A program made the position numbers and the translations under genes. From IMG/VR virus record IMGVR_UViG_3300030372_001141, positions 1 to 29,661 of that record: DNA of 29,661 bases, one strand, 5' to 3'. Of this stretch, positions 1 through 7,631 are shown piece by piece (the stretch's first letter is position 1; every line of letters starts with the position of its first letter). The notes under the pieces are model-generated. The model made no database searches, was not told where the DNA came from, and saw only the letters and a list, made by a program, of their open reading frames with translations. Source of the stretch: a virus (Duplodnaviria; Caudoviricetes).

Positions 1-98
1 GGCAAAGCAATCACAAAAAACAAAAGTAATACAGTGGCTAAAATCAGGTAAAACATTAACACCATTAGAAGCATTGCAAAATGGAATGGGTATGCGAC
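1..98. repeat. Terminal direct repeat, copy 1 (98 bp; circularisation overlap)
   Basis: GGCAAAGCAATC...GGTATGCGAC at 1-98 is identical to 29563-29660; base 99 (T) differs from 29661 (A). Confidence 0.97.
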
Positions 99-262
99 TC
101 GGTGCAATAATACACACGCTAAGGCATGAAGAAGGCATGAATATTATTAACAAGAACAAAACTGGTGAAGACAGGTATGCAGAATATGAATATGTAGCAG
201 AAGGCGAAGAACAAAGCACTTTAGATTTAGGAAATACTACTAGATTTAAATACCCTGATTAA
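1..262 (+). CDS. Winged helix-turn-helix protein (HTH_39-like), 87 aa; true start is ATG 29561 across the circular junction
   Basis: Reading through the junction gives MAKQSQKTKVIQWLKSGKTLTPLEALQNGMGMRLGAIIHTLRHEEGMNI..., which fits the phage wHTH pattern (LxxGxxLTxLEA...RLxAxIxxLRxxGxxI). SD AGGAGG at 29551-29556. Confidence 0.8.
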   Translation, partial: AKQSQKTKVIQWLKSGKTLTPLEALQNGMGMRLGAIIHTLRHEEGMNIINKNKTGEDRYAEYEYVAEGEEQSTLDLGNTTRFKYPD

Positions 263-293
263 ATTATATTAACAATAAGGATAGGAGCAAAAT

Positions 294-1130
294 ATGAGGA
301 ATAGAATCTTGCAAAAGACATTTTGGACATCTGATGAGATACTTGAGCTAGAGCTATATGAGAGATTATTATTCTTAGGCATGACTAACTATGCAGATGA
401 TGAAGGCATAATTAAGACATCGCCAAAAGGCTTAAAAGCAAAGATATTTCCTGCTGATGAGATTGCAATAGTAAAAATATCAGAGTCGCTTGAAAAGATG
501 GCTAGTTTAGGTTTAATTAAGTTTAATGAAGACAAGTCACTCTGTAGGTTTACAAAATGGCATGACCATCAAAAAATCAATAGACCATACCCATCAAAAT
601 TTAATTTTATAGACGAGAACAATGATGATTCAGTGAATGTTCAAAGAATAATCACAAATCATTCACCTGCAAATAAGAATAATAATAAGAAAAAGAATAG
701 TAAAAAGAAAAAGAAAGATAATAATGAGTTTCGTGTGTGGTATGATATTTATCCTAGAAAGATAGCAAAGCCAAAAGCTGAACATAGTTTTAATGCTATG
801 ATGAATAAGTATGACCTAGAAGAAATAATGGACGGCACTACAACATGGGTGGAATATTGGGAAAACGCACATACAGAAAAAAGATATATACCTCACCCTG
901 CTACATTTTTAAACCAAGAGAGGTTTTTAGATGAACCTGATGAGTTAGAGACAGAGGTATTGTACAAGCTAGATACAACAGGTCATTTTTATGTGGGATT
1001 CTGTGCTAAATGTAAAAAATCAGGATTTTACAAAAAAGAAGAACTAAGTCAAGACTCTAAATGTTGTAAGAGTAAAATATTACCTAACAGAGATGTTAAT
1101 TTAATACAAGACGTTAATGCAGAAGCATAG
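294..1130 (+). CDS. Phage replication initiator (replisome organiser / O-like) with Cys-rich C-terminal extension
   Basis: N-terminal FW..D...LLFLG..NYADDEG domain; K/N-rich linker; C-terminal WYDIYPRKIAK...YIPHPATFLNQERF motif typical of phage initiators. SD AGGAG at 283-287. Confidence 0.8.
   Translation: MRNRILQKTFWTSDEILELELYERLLFLGMTNYADDEGIIKTSPKGLKAKIFPADEIAIVKISESLEKMASLGLIKFNEDKSLCRFTKWHDHQKINRPYPSKFNFIDENNDDSVNVQRIITNHSPANKNNNKKKNSKKKKKDNNEFRVWYDIYPRKIAKPKAEHSFNAMMNKYDLEEIMDGTTTWVEYWENAHTEKRYIPHPATFLNQERFLDEPDELETEVLYKLDTTGHFYVGFCAKCKKSGFYKKEELSQDSKCCKSKILPNRDVNLIQDVNAEA
624..726. other. Putative replication origin inside the initiator gene
   Basis: Four degenerate 11-bp tandem units with TCA at 630, 641, 652 and 663, directly followed by an A/T-rich tract at ~671-726. 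Same layout as origins inside lambdoid O genes. Confidence 0.45.
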
Positions 1131-1224
1131 ATTTATAGAGCAGTCACTTGCTCCTCCTTGTTCGTGTTCCCAACAACACCGAACATACTCACCTATAACT
1201 CCAGTAGTGAGGGCTGCTCTATAA
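1117..1224 (+). CDS. Possible 35-aa bridging ORF (MQKHRFIEQSLAPPCSCSQQHRTYSPITPVVRAAL)
   Basis: ATG 1117 overlaps the end of rep by 14 nt; its TAA (1222-1224) overlaps the next ATG (TAATG). No clear SD. Confidence 0.3.
   Translation: MQKHRFIEQSLAPPCSCSQQHRTYSPITPVVRAAL
1133..1224 (+). ncRNA. Candidate structured regulatory (antisense / anti-RBS) RNA
   Basis: Perfect 11-bp closing stem TTATAGAGCAG (1133-1143) / CTGCTCTATAA (1214-1224). Inner hairpin TGTTCGTGTT-CCCAAC-AACACCGAACA (1159-1185). TCACT/AGTGA pairing. Segments are complementary to the early leader at 28066-28096. Confidence 0.55.
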
Positions 1225-1457
1225 TGCACGTACTTGAAAGCTATTTTATGGCACTGGTTTTATTTCAGCCAATAGAAGAATTATACACCTGCAATCACCC
1301 TAACACCATAGACAACAATCAACAATTTTTATGCAACTGGGTAGATACAGATTTCATTAGAAATAGAAACGGAGACAGGGTGTTAAAAAAATACAATCAA
1401 GATGACAATTTTATAAAAGCATATTACAGACGTAAATATTGGAGTAGGAATGACTAA
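1224..1457 (+). CDS. Hypothetical protein (77 aa from ATG 1224)
   Basis: ATG 1224 is preferred over TTG 1158, which lies inside the hairpin; the ORF overlaps the next gene by 8 nt. Confidence 0.6.
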   Translation: MHVLESYFMALVLFQPIEELYTCNHPNTIDNNQQFLCNWVDTDFIRNRNGDRVLKKYNQDDNFIKAYYRRKYWSRND

Positions 1458-1671
1458 ACTAGATAGATTTGTAGGACAAAGAAACATAGAGAAGTCAAGA
1501 AAATACAAGGAAAGTTTTGTAGATGGTGGCAAGATATGCAGCAAATGTAAAGAAGTAAAACCATTAGAACAATACAATAAGAGACAAGGTGGAGTAACAG
1601 CTAATTGCAAATCGTGCATTTATGAATATAACAAAAAACGATGGGCAAGAACTAAACAACCATTATGGTAA
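1450..1671 (+). CDS. Small zinc-finger protein
   Basis: KICSKCKEVKP...NCKSC (two CxxC pairs), resembling the Zn module found N-terminal to phage HNH/EndoVII nucleases. No catalytic domain follows. Confidence 0.65.
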   Translation: MTKLDRFVGQRNIEKSRKYKESFVDGGKICSKCKEVKPLEQYNKRQGGVTANCKSCIYEYNKKRWARTKQPLW

Positions 1672-1680
1672 GGAGTTAAT

Positions 1681-1929
1681 ATGAAAATAGCAAGAATGAC
1701 TAGAGGTAGTTGGGGTAAGATTGTAGCTTTTTTTGATGTAGAGCTAAGTGGTATGACAGTAAAAGGATTTAAACTTATAAGTGGGCAAGATGGCTTGTTT
1801 GTAGGGGTACCATCAATAAAAAAAGAAGACGGCACATACGATAACACAGTATTTGTAGAAAAAGAAAAGATGCCAATGCTAAATCAAATAGCTAGCATGG
1901 AATATGACAAAGTTCCTAATCAAGGTTAG
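1681..1929 (+). CDS. spoVG: SpoVG-family nucleic-acid-binding protein
   Basis: AFFDV...VKGFKLISGQDGLFVGVPSIKKEDGTYDN matches the SpoVG signature (GxxGLFVxMPSxKxxDGxY); 82 aa; SD AGGAG. Confidence 0.8.
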   Translation: MKIARMTRGSWGKIVAFFDVELSGMTVKGFKLISGQDGLFVGVPSIKKEDGTYDNTVFVEKEKMPMLNQIASMEYDKVPNQG

Positions 1930-2311
1930 ACCAAAGCCACAACAGCGACACAGGCACAGCGGTCGTTATCAATATGACCCATCAGCAAAGGACAAAAAAG
2001 ATTTTGTGCTCTTGTCAAAAGAATACGCACCTAAAAAGCCAACAGCAAGAAACATAGAGATGTATTTAACATTTTGTTATAAAAGACCAAGAAACCACTA
2101 CACATCTAAAAATAAAATATTGAAACTAAAGCCTGACGCTCCAGTATATAGAGCAAGTACCCCTGATTTAGATAATTTGGAGAAGTTTGTGCTTGACAGC
2201 TATGAAGGAATATTTTATAAAAATGACTCGCAAATAGTAAGATTGTCATCAGAAAAGCTGTATGGGGAAGAAGACTATGTGTACATTAAAATGTTGTATA
2301 CAAAGAAATAA
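1904..2311 (+). CDS. rusA: RusA-family Holliday junction resolvase
   Basis: PDLDNLEKFVLDS...FYKNDSQIV...EKLY catalytic motif; N-terminal PKPQQRHR. Confidence 0.9.
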   Translation: MTKFLIKVRPKPQQRHRHSGRYQYDPSAKDKKDFVLLSKEYAPKKPTARNIEMYLTFCYKRPRNHYTSKNKILKLKPDAPVYRASTPDLDNLEKFVLDSYEGIFYKNDSQIVRLSSEKLYGEEDYVYIKMLYTKK

Positions 2312-2346
2312 TTAGAAATCAAAGAAAAAATATTATAAATTAGGAC

Positions 2347-3423
2347 ATGAAAATAGTAAATAAAAACATAGATTCGTTAATATTTGCAGAATATAATCCA
2401 CGACAACTTACAGATGAGCAATATCAACAGCTAAAAGATTCAATTACTAGATTTGGCTTGGTAGACCCAATTATTGTCAATGAACATATAGACAGAAAGA
2501 ATATTATAGTGGGTGGACATCAACGAGCAAAAGTAGCGAAAAAATTAAACATAGAAGAAGTGCCTTGTGTATTTGTAAACCTACCTTACGAAAAAGAAAG
2601 AGAATTAAATGTTAGGTTGAATAAGAATACAGGTGGTTGGGATTATGATATACTAGCAGATATGTTTGATTTAGATGAGCTTATTGACTGGGGATTTAAA
2701 GAAGAAGAACTCGTAGGATTTGATGCAGAGATAGAAGTAGAAGGTAAGATAGATGATGACGAGATACCTGAAGATGTAGAGCCAGTATGTAAGCTAGGCG
2801 ATATATGGGAACTAGGCAATCATAGGTTATTATGTGGCGATGTTCTAAAAAGTATAAATAAATTACCAAGCGATTATGATGCTGTGATAACAGACCCACC
2901 ATATGGAATGAGTGCAGTGCAGTCATCAGGAGTTTTAAAAGACAAATATAAAGAAGTTTTAAATGATGAAAATAATATTGTTGCAATAGAATCTTTTGAA
3001 TTATTAAAAACAAATAAACCATCTGTATGGTTTGGAGCAAATTATTATTCTTATACGCTACCTAGTCAAAGTTGTTGGTTGGTATGGGATAAAAATAACG
3101 GTGCAAGCGACCAAATGGATTGCGAATTAGCATGGACAAACCTAAAAGGTGTAACAAGGCAATTCACACAAGCATCTGAAAAGAAAAATAGGGTGCACCC
3201 AACACAAAAACCAATAGAGTTGATTGTATGGGTATTAGAAAAAGTTAATGAAAAAATAATACTTGACCCTTTTTTAGGTAGTGGCTCAACATTAATAGCG
3301 TGTGAAAAAACAAACAGAGTATGTTATGGAATGGAATTAGACCCACACTATTGCGACGTTATCATTAATAGATGGGAACAATACACAGGAAAGGAAGCAA
3401 AGTTATTAAATGGCTCGACCTAA
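2347..3423 (+). CDS. ParB-like N-terminal domain fused to an N4-C/N6-A DNA methyltransferase (beta class)
   Basis: YNPR...SITRFGLVDPIIVN...IVGGHQR (ParB/Srx fold); TDPPYG (motif IV), HPTQKP, DPFLGSGSTLIA (motif I), YCDVIINRWEQYTG. Confidence 0.92.
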   Translation: MKIVNKNIDSLIFAEYNPRQLTDEQYQQLKDSITRFGLVDPIIVNEHIDRKNIIVGGHQRAKVAKKLNIEEVPCVFVNLPYEKERELNVRLNKNTGGWDYDILADMFDLDELIDWGFKEEELVGFDAEIEVEGKIDDDEIPEDVEPVCKLGDIWELGNHRLLCGDVLKSINKLPSDYDAVITDPPYGMSAVQSSGVLKDKYKEVLNDENNIVAIESFELLKTNKPSVWFGANYYSYTLPSQSCWLVWDKNNGASDQMDCELAWTNLKGVTRQFTQASEKKNRVHPTQKPIELIVWVLEKVNEKIILDPFLGSGSTLIACEKTNRVCYGMELDPHYCDVIINRWEQYTGKEAKLLNGST

Positions 3424-3721
3424 GAAATATGATTTAGATACAGACCAAGTAGAAAAGTTAGCAGGGTTTGGCTGCACAAACACAGAAATAGCTAGTTTCT
3501 TTGGGTGCGATGAGTCTCTTATTCGCAAGAGTTATTCCGAATTTCTTACAAAAGGTAGAGAAAAAGGTAAAATACGACTTAGGCAACTACAATGGCGTAG
3601 TGCAGAAAGTGGTAATACATCAATGTTAATTTGGCTTGGTAAGCAACTATTAGGGCAAACAGATAAGCAAGAGGTAGAACATATTAGACCAATAGAAGAA
3701 ATAGAATTTAATGGCATCTAA
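3410..3721 (+). CDS. terS: Terminase small subunit
   Basis: MARPKK, HTH (GCTNTEIASFFGC) and MLIWLGKQLLGQTD; overlaps the terL start. Confidence 0.8.
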   Translation: MARPKKYDLDTDQVEKLAGFGCTNTEIASFFGCDESLIRKSYSEFLTKGREKGKIRLRQLQWRSAESGNTSMLIWLGKQLLGQTDKQEVEHIRPIEEIEFNGI

Positions 3722-4973
3722 ACTTACACTACACAAAGAAGATTATTTGCCACACCAATGGGATTTTATAACTAACGATAAGCCAATAAAAGCATTAGTG
3801 GGCGGCTTTGGCTCAGGTAAGACATACGCATTTCTTCATAAAACATTTATAAATCACGTTACCAAATTAAACGGTAACGATATGTCAAATGGATGGGTAA
3901 TATATCCAACGTATGAACTGGCAGAGGAACTATTTGTAGAGCCAATGCGTGAAATATTTGAAAGAAATGGTATAAACTTTACATATAATGTGCAGAAGCA
4001 CAAGTTTACAACGCCCTATGGAATGATTAAGATTTATCAGCTACAAAAACCACAAAGAATTGTAGGTGCAGAGCTTACCTATATTGGCTTTGATGAGTTT
4101 GATGTTGAATCGTGGAAGAATTGCGATGTAGCGTACAAGAAAGCTATTGGTAGAATGAGAGGTAGTGAAAACTGCGAGATATACATAGTAACATCACCTG
4201 AAGGCTTTCATTACACGCATCATCAATTTGTAGAGAATAGTAGCGAAGGCAAAGCATTGATACACGGAAAGACTACAGATAACCATTACTTGCCTGATGC
4301 TTATATAGATTTATTAGAACAGAACTATGATAGTGCGATGCTAAAAGCATATAGAGATGGTCAGTTTGTAAACATCTCTGCATTATCAACATATCATTCA
4401 TTTGATAGGAGTAAAAATGTACAAAAATGTGAATACGACAGAAGCAAGCCAGTCAGGTTGGGACTCGACTATAATGTGGACCCCATGTGTTCAGTTCTTT
4501 TCCAAATCTACCCAAACGAACCAAAAGTCAGAATCTTTGATGCAATATCATTATCACATCAAGGTCGAGGGGACTTATTAAGTGCTAGAATGTGTGCAGT
4601 AATTAAAGATAAATATCCTAATAGTCAGTATATAGTATATCCTGATGCTAGTGGTTTTCAAAGGCACACGTCAGCTATGTTTAGTGATATAGATATTTTA
4701 AAACAAAATGGATTTAAAGTTCAGGTCAGGAAAACAAATCCACCTGTGACTAACAGAGTTAATTCGGTGAACAAAATGTTGGAGGGAAACATCATTATAG
4801 ACCCGAGATGCAAAGCGTTAATACAAGACCTAGAAAAAGTAACAAACAAGCAAGGCACTAGAGATATAGATAAAAGCAATAAGTTATTAACACACATGAC
4901 AGACGCTCTCGGATATGCAATAGAATGGAACTTCCCAATCATTAAACCAACACTAGGAGCAATACAGAGATGA
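3711..4973 (+). CDS. terL: Terminase large subunit
   Basis: Walker A GGFGSGKT, Walker B IGFDE, motif III TSPEG, nuclease GLDYN and HMTDALGY. Confidence 0.95.
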   Translation: MASKLTLHKEDYLPHQWDFITNDKPIKALVGGFGSGKTYAFLHKTFINHVTKLNGNDMSNGWVIYPTYELAEELFVEPMREIFERNGINFTYNVQKHKFTTPYGMIKIYQLQKPQRIVGAELTYIGFDEFDVESWKNCDVAYKKAIGRMRGSENCEIYIVTSPEGFHYTHHQFVENSSEGKALIHGKTTDNHYLPDAYIDLLEQNYDSAMLKAYRDGQFVNISALSTYHSFDRSKNVQKCEYDRSKPVRLGLDYNVDPMCSVLFQIYPNEPKVRIFDAISLSHQGRGDLLSARMCAVIKDKYPNSQYIVYPDASGFQRHTSAMFSDIDILKQNGFKVQVRKTNPPVTNRVNSVNKMLEGNIIIDPRCKALIQDLEKVTNKQGTRDIDKSNKLLTHMTDALGYAIEWNFPIIKPTLGAIQR

Positions 4974-6310
4974 TACCGAACATAGGCAAACTTTTAATTG
5001 AAAATAGTAAATTTGATGCACAACAAAATGAAAAAAATTTATGGAGCGAAAGAAGGTTTGTTGCTAGAGATTATTATGACGGCAAAACAAGCGGCTACAC
5101 TAAAAACTATTTCAGCGACGCACTTACAAGAAAAATACCTATTTCAAATGTAAATATCACAAAGCGTATTATAGATAGAATAAGTCTAGTGTATATGAAA
5201 CCACCAACAAGAGAATACAGCAACGAAAATTTTCCAATGTTGTTGCATGGCAAAGATTTTAAATTGCAACGTGCAGAGCGTATGACTAATTTGTTAGAAC
5301 ATATTCTTATCAAGCCCACATGGCGAAACAATGTATTAGACTATGACATAATAATGGATTTTGAAGCACAGTTTGAAGATGACCCATTAAGACCAAGTTC
5401 TATAACATATCCGTTGGCAATGAAAGCATCAGTGATGGACAATACTCCTGAGTTGAGTGCGTATTGGGACGCAGAGAACACTTTTATTTATGATGAAAAT
5501 GGTAAAATATTAGACGACCCTGACAATCCTGACCACATAAATCCTTATGGAGTATTGCCGTTTATAGAATGTTTCAGAAATGGAAGACCTGAGTATTCAT
5601 ACATAGACACTTCGCCTGCTATGGACATACTGGCTACTAATCTAGAAGTTAATGTGTCAGAGACAAACAGCAACGCAAATACTATGTTTCAGTCTTTCGG
5701 ATATATGTATGTAAATGGTAGTCAAATAGAAAAAGACACACTAGAAGTAGGGCAAGATAAAATTAGTTTTTTAGGTATAGACGGGACTATGAACATTGTA
5801 AGTCCACCCAATACAGTAGAAGCTCTAGCTAGTTCTATTGAGCATAGCTATAAATTGTTAGCACAAAACTACAATCTTAACATTGCTTTTGTAGAGGGTA
5901 GTACAGCAATGAGTGGTGTTGCACTAAAACTGAGAAACACCGAATTGCAAGACGCACGTATTAGTGATGTCATTAGATGGAAAGAAATAGAACAAAAATT
6001 ATTTGAGCTTGAGTCTATAATATTAGGCGTAGAAGCTAATATAAATGCAGGCGAGCTTTTAAAAGTAGACTATGAAGAATCTATGGAGATACTATCTGAT
6101 GAAGAACAAAGAGAGAAATGGGATTGGGAGCTAGCAAATGGTCTTATAGATAGAGCAGACATATTAATGCAACGTGACCCCGATAGATTCCCTGACAGAG
6201 AAAGTGCACAAGATTATTTATTTGAAAGAAGTGAGCAAGACATAGATGAAGCTGATGAAGATGAACAGCCACAAGATAGTCTATTGCAAGCATTAACAAG
6301 ACCAGTATAG
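4970..6310 (+). CDS. Portal protein (SPP1-like)
   Basis: Follows terL (ATGA overlap); 446 aa; DYYDG, NPYGVLPF and SGVALK motifs; acidic tail. Confidence 0.88.
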   Translation: MIPNIGKLLIENSKFDAQQNEKNLWSERRFVARDYYDGKTSGYTKNYFSDALTRKIPISNVNITKRIIDRISLVYMKPPTREYSNENFPMLLHGKDFKLQRAERMTNLLEHILIKPTWRNNVLDYDIIMDFEAQFEDDPLRPSSITYPLAMKASVMDNTPELSAYWDAENTFIYDENGKILDDPDNPDHINPYGVLPFIECFRNGRPEYSYIDTSPAMDILATNLEVNVSETNSNANTMFQSFGYMYVNGSQIEKDTLEVGQDKISFLGIDGTMNIVSPPNTVEALASSIEHSYKLLAQNYNLNIAFVEGSTAMSGVALKLRNTELQDARISDVIRWKEIEQKLFELESIILGVEANINAGELLKVDYEESMEILSDEEQREKWDWELANGLIDRADILMQRDPDRFPDRESAQDYLFERSEQDIDEADEDEQPQDSLLQALTRPV

Positions 6311-6318
6311 GAGGAAAC

Positions 6319-6450
6319 ATGGCAAAAAAAGTAAGTTGGTTGTACGGAGGTAAAAGATATTACGGAACATTAATACGAGAAACAAAAGCAGCTAAATTTG
6401 CAAGAACTGCAAGTGGTAAAATTAAAAAAATATTAAAGAAAAGAAAATAA
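6319..6450 (+). CDS. Small basic protein, 43 aa (not in ORF track)
   Basis: SD AGGAGG, then MAKKVSWLYGGKRYYGTLIRETKAAKFARTASGKIKKILKKRK; TAATG-coupled to the next gene; fills the gap exactly. Confidence 0.85.
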   Translation: MAKKVSWLYGGKRYYGTLIRETKAAKFARTASGKIKKILKKRK

Positions 6451-6635
6451 TGCCAAAAACAGATTACGTTAAAGGGGTAAGCATGGCAGGTCTAACAAAA
6501 AGACAAAAAACAGCTATGCGTAGACATAAAACACACCACACTGCAAAACATTTACGTTCAATGGTTACTGCAATGAAACGTGGGAGAACATTTACACAAT
6601 CACACAAGTTGGCAATGAAAAAGGTAGGAAGGTAG
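6450..6635 (+). CDS. Small basic His-rich protein
   Basis: LTKRQ...RRHKTHHTAKHL...GRTFTQSHKLAMKKVG; coupled to both neighbours. Confidence 0.8.
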   Translation: MPKTDYVKGVSMAGLTKRQKTAMRRHKTHHTAKHLRSMVTAMKRGRTFTQSHKLAMKKVGR

Positions 6636-6931
6636 TGGCAGAATATCAAGGCAAAAAAGTGCAGCTAGACAAGCCAAGCAGAATACAAAAAGGCGAAGCA
6701 GGGTATGGACGCAAGAAGTTTAAAGTCTATGTGAAAGATGGAGACAAGGTTAAAAAAGTAATGTTCGGTGACCCAGTTAGAAAAATTAAAAGCAATATTA
6801 AGAAAAATAAAAAAAATTTTAGGTCTAGATTTAACTGTGATAGCAATCCACCTAAAGACAAAACAAAAGCAAGATATTGGGCGTGTAAATTTTGGTCATC
6901 AAAATCAGTAACAGAGTTGTTGCGTGGCTAA
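6635..6931 (+). CDS. Basic conserved phage protein
   Basis: AEYQGKKVQLDKP...KKFKVYVK...KVMFGDP...FRSRFNCD...ARYWACKFW; from recall, resembles uncharacterised proteins of T4-like marine phages. Confidence 0.8.
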   Translation: MAEYQGKKVQLDKPSRIQKGEAGYGRKKFKVYVKDGDKVKKVMFGDPVRKIKSNIKKNKKNFRSRFNCDSNPPKDKTKARYWACKFWSSKSVTELLRG

Positions 6932-7631
6932 TCAAAACTATATAGACACAGTAGCAGAAAAAATAGCAAGTCAAGTAGAGCAATTACAAACAGAAATGGT
7001 TAGAGATTTGCTCAAACTATCTAAAGACAGACGATTTAGAAACATTAATGAGTTCTTATTTGCTATGGAGCAGATAAATATTGAGCAACTTGTTACGATA
7101 AAAGCACAAAACATACTAACTGGATACACAACAGCACACACACAAATTCTTAGCGACATGACGCTATTTGGAGAGATTACAGAAGATACGCTAAGAGCTG
7201 TGACAAACTTTAGTACATCTAGTTTTGCAGATACTTTAGGAAGAATGTCAGGCGTTATGAAAACAGAAATAATAAAAGGCGTTATAGGTGAATCAACTGA
7301 AAGAGGTATTTTACAAGCAATACAACAGCAAGCAGGCTTATCAAATGCACAAATGCAAACATTGGTCACTACAGGTCTAAACGATTATAGTGCATCAGTC
7401 GGCAAGATTATGATAGATACAAGCCCCGTAGCAACTAAATTTAGATACGTAGGTGCACAAGATGACAGAACGAGACCTGTGTGCAGAAGACTATATGAAG
7501 CAGGCGAAATGACAAGAGATGAAATTAAAAGAGAGTTTGGTGCAGATGTGTTTGTCAATAGAGGTGGATATAATTGTAGACATCAATGGTTTCCAGTAGA
7601 AGCATCAGAAAAAAGTAAGAATGTTAGATAA
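6924..7631 (+). CDS. Minor head morphogenesis protein (Mu gpF / SPP1 gp7-like)
   Basis: C-terminal YVGAQDDRTRPVC...GGYNCRH motif; located after the portal. Confidence 0.8.
   Translation: MANQNYIDTVAEKIASQVEQLQTEMVRDLLKLSKDRRFRNINEFLFAMEQINIEQLVTIKAQNILTGYTTAHTQILSDMTLFGEITEDTLRAVTNFSTSSFADTLGRMSGVMKTEIIKGVIGESTERGILQAIQQQAGLSNAQMQTLVTTGLNDYSASVGKIMIDTSPVATKFRYVGAQDDRTRPVCRRLYEAGEMTRDEIKREFGADVFVNRGGYNCRHQWFPVEASEKSKNVR

Noticed and set aside
74-262. ORF-track starts at 74, 1158, 9665, 19366 and 28067
   Set aside because: Better-supported starts exist at 29561 (via the junction), 1224, 9686, the frameshift at 19333, and 28103.
1133-1224. tRNA or intrinsic terminator
   Set aside because: It has no T-loop, D-loop or anticodon arm consensus, and no U-tract after the stem.
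1450-1671. HNH or EndoVII homing endonuclease
   Set aside because: Only the zinc-finger part is present; there is no catalytic motif.
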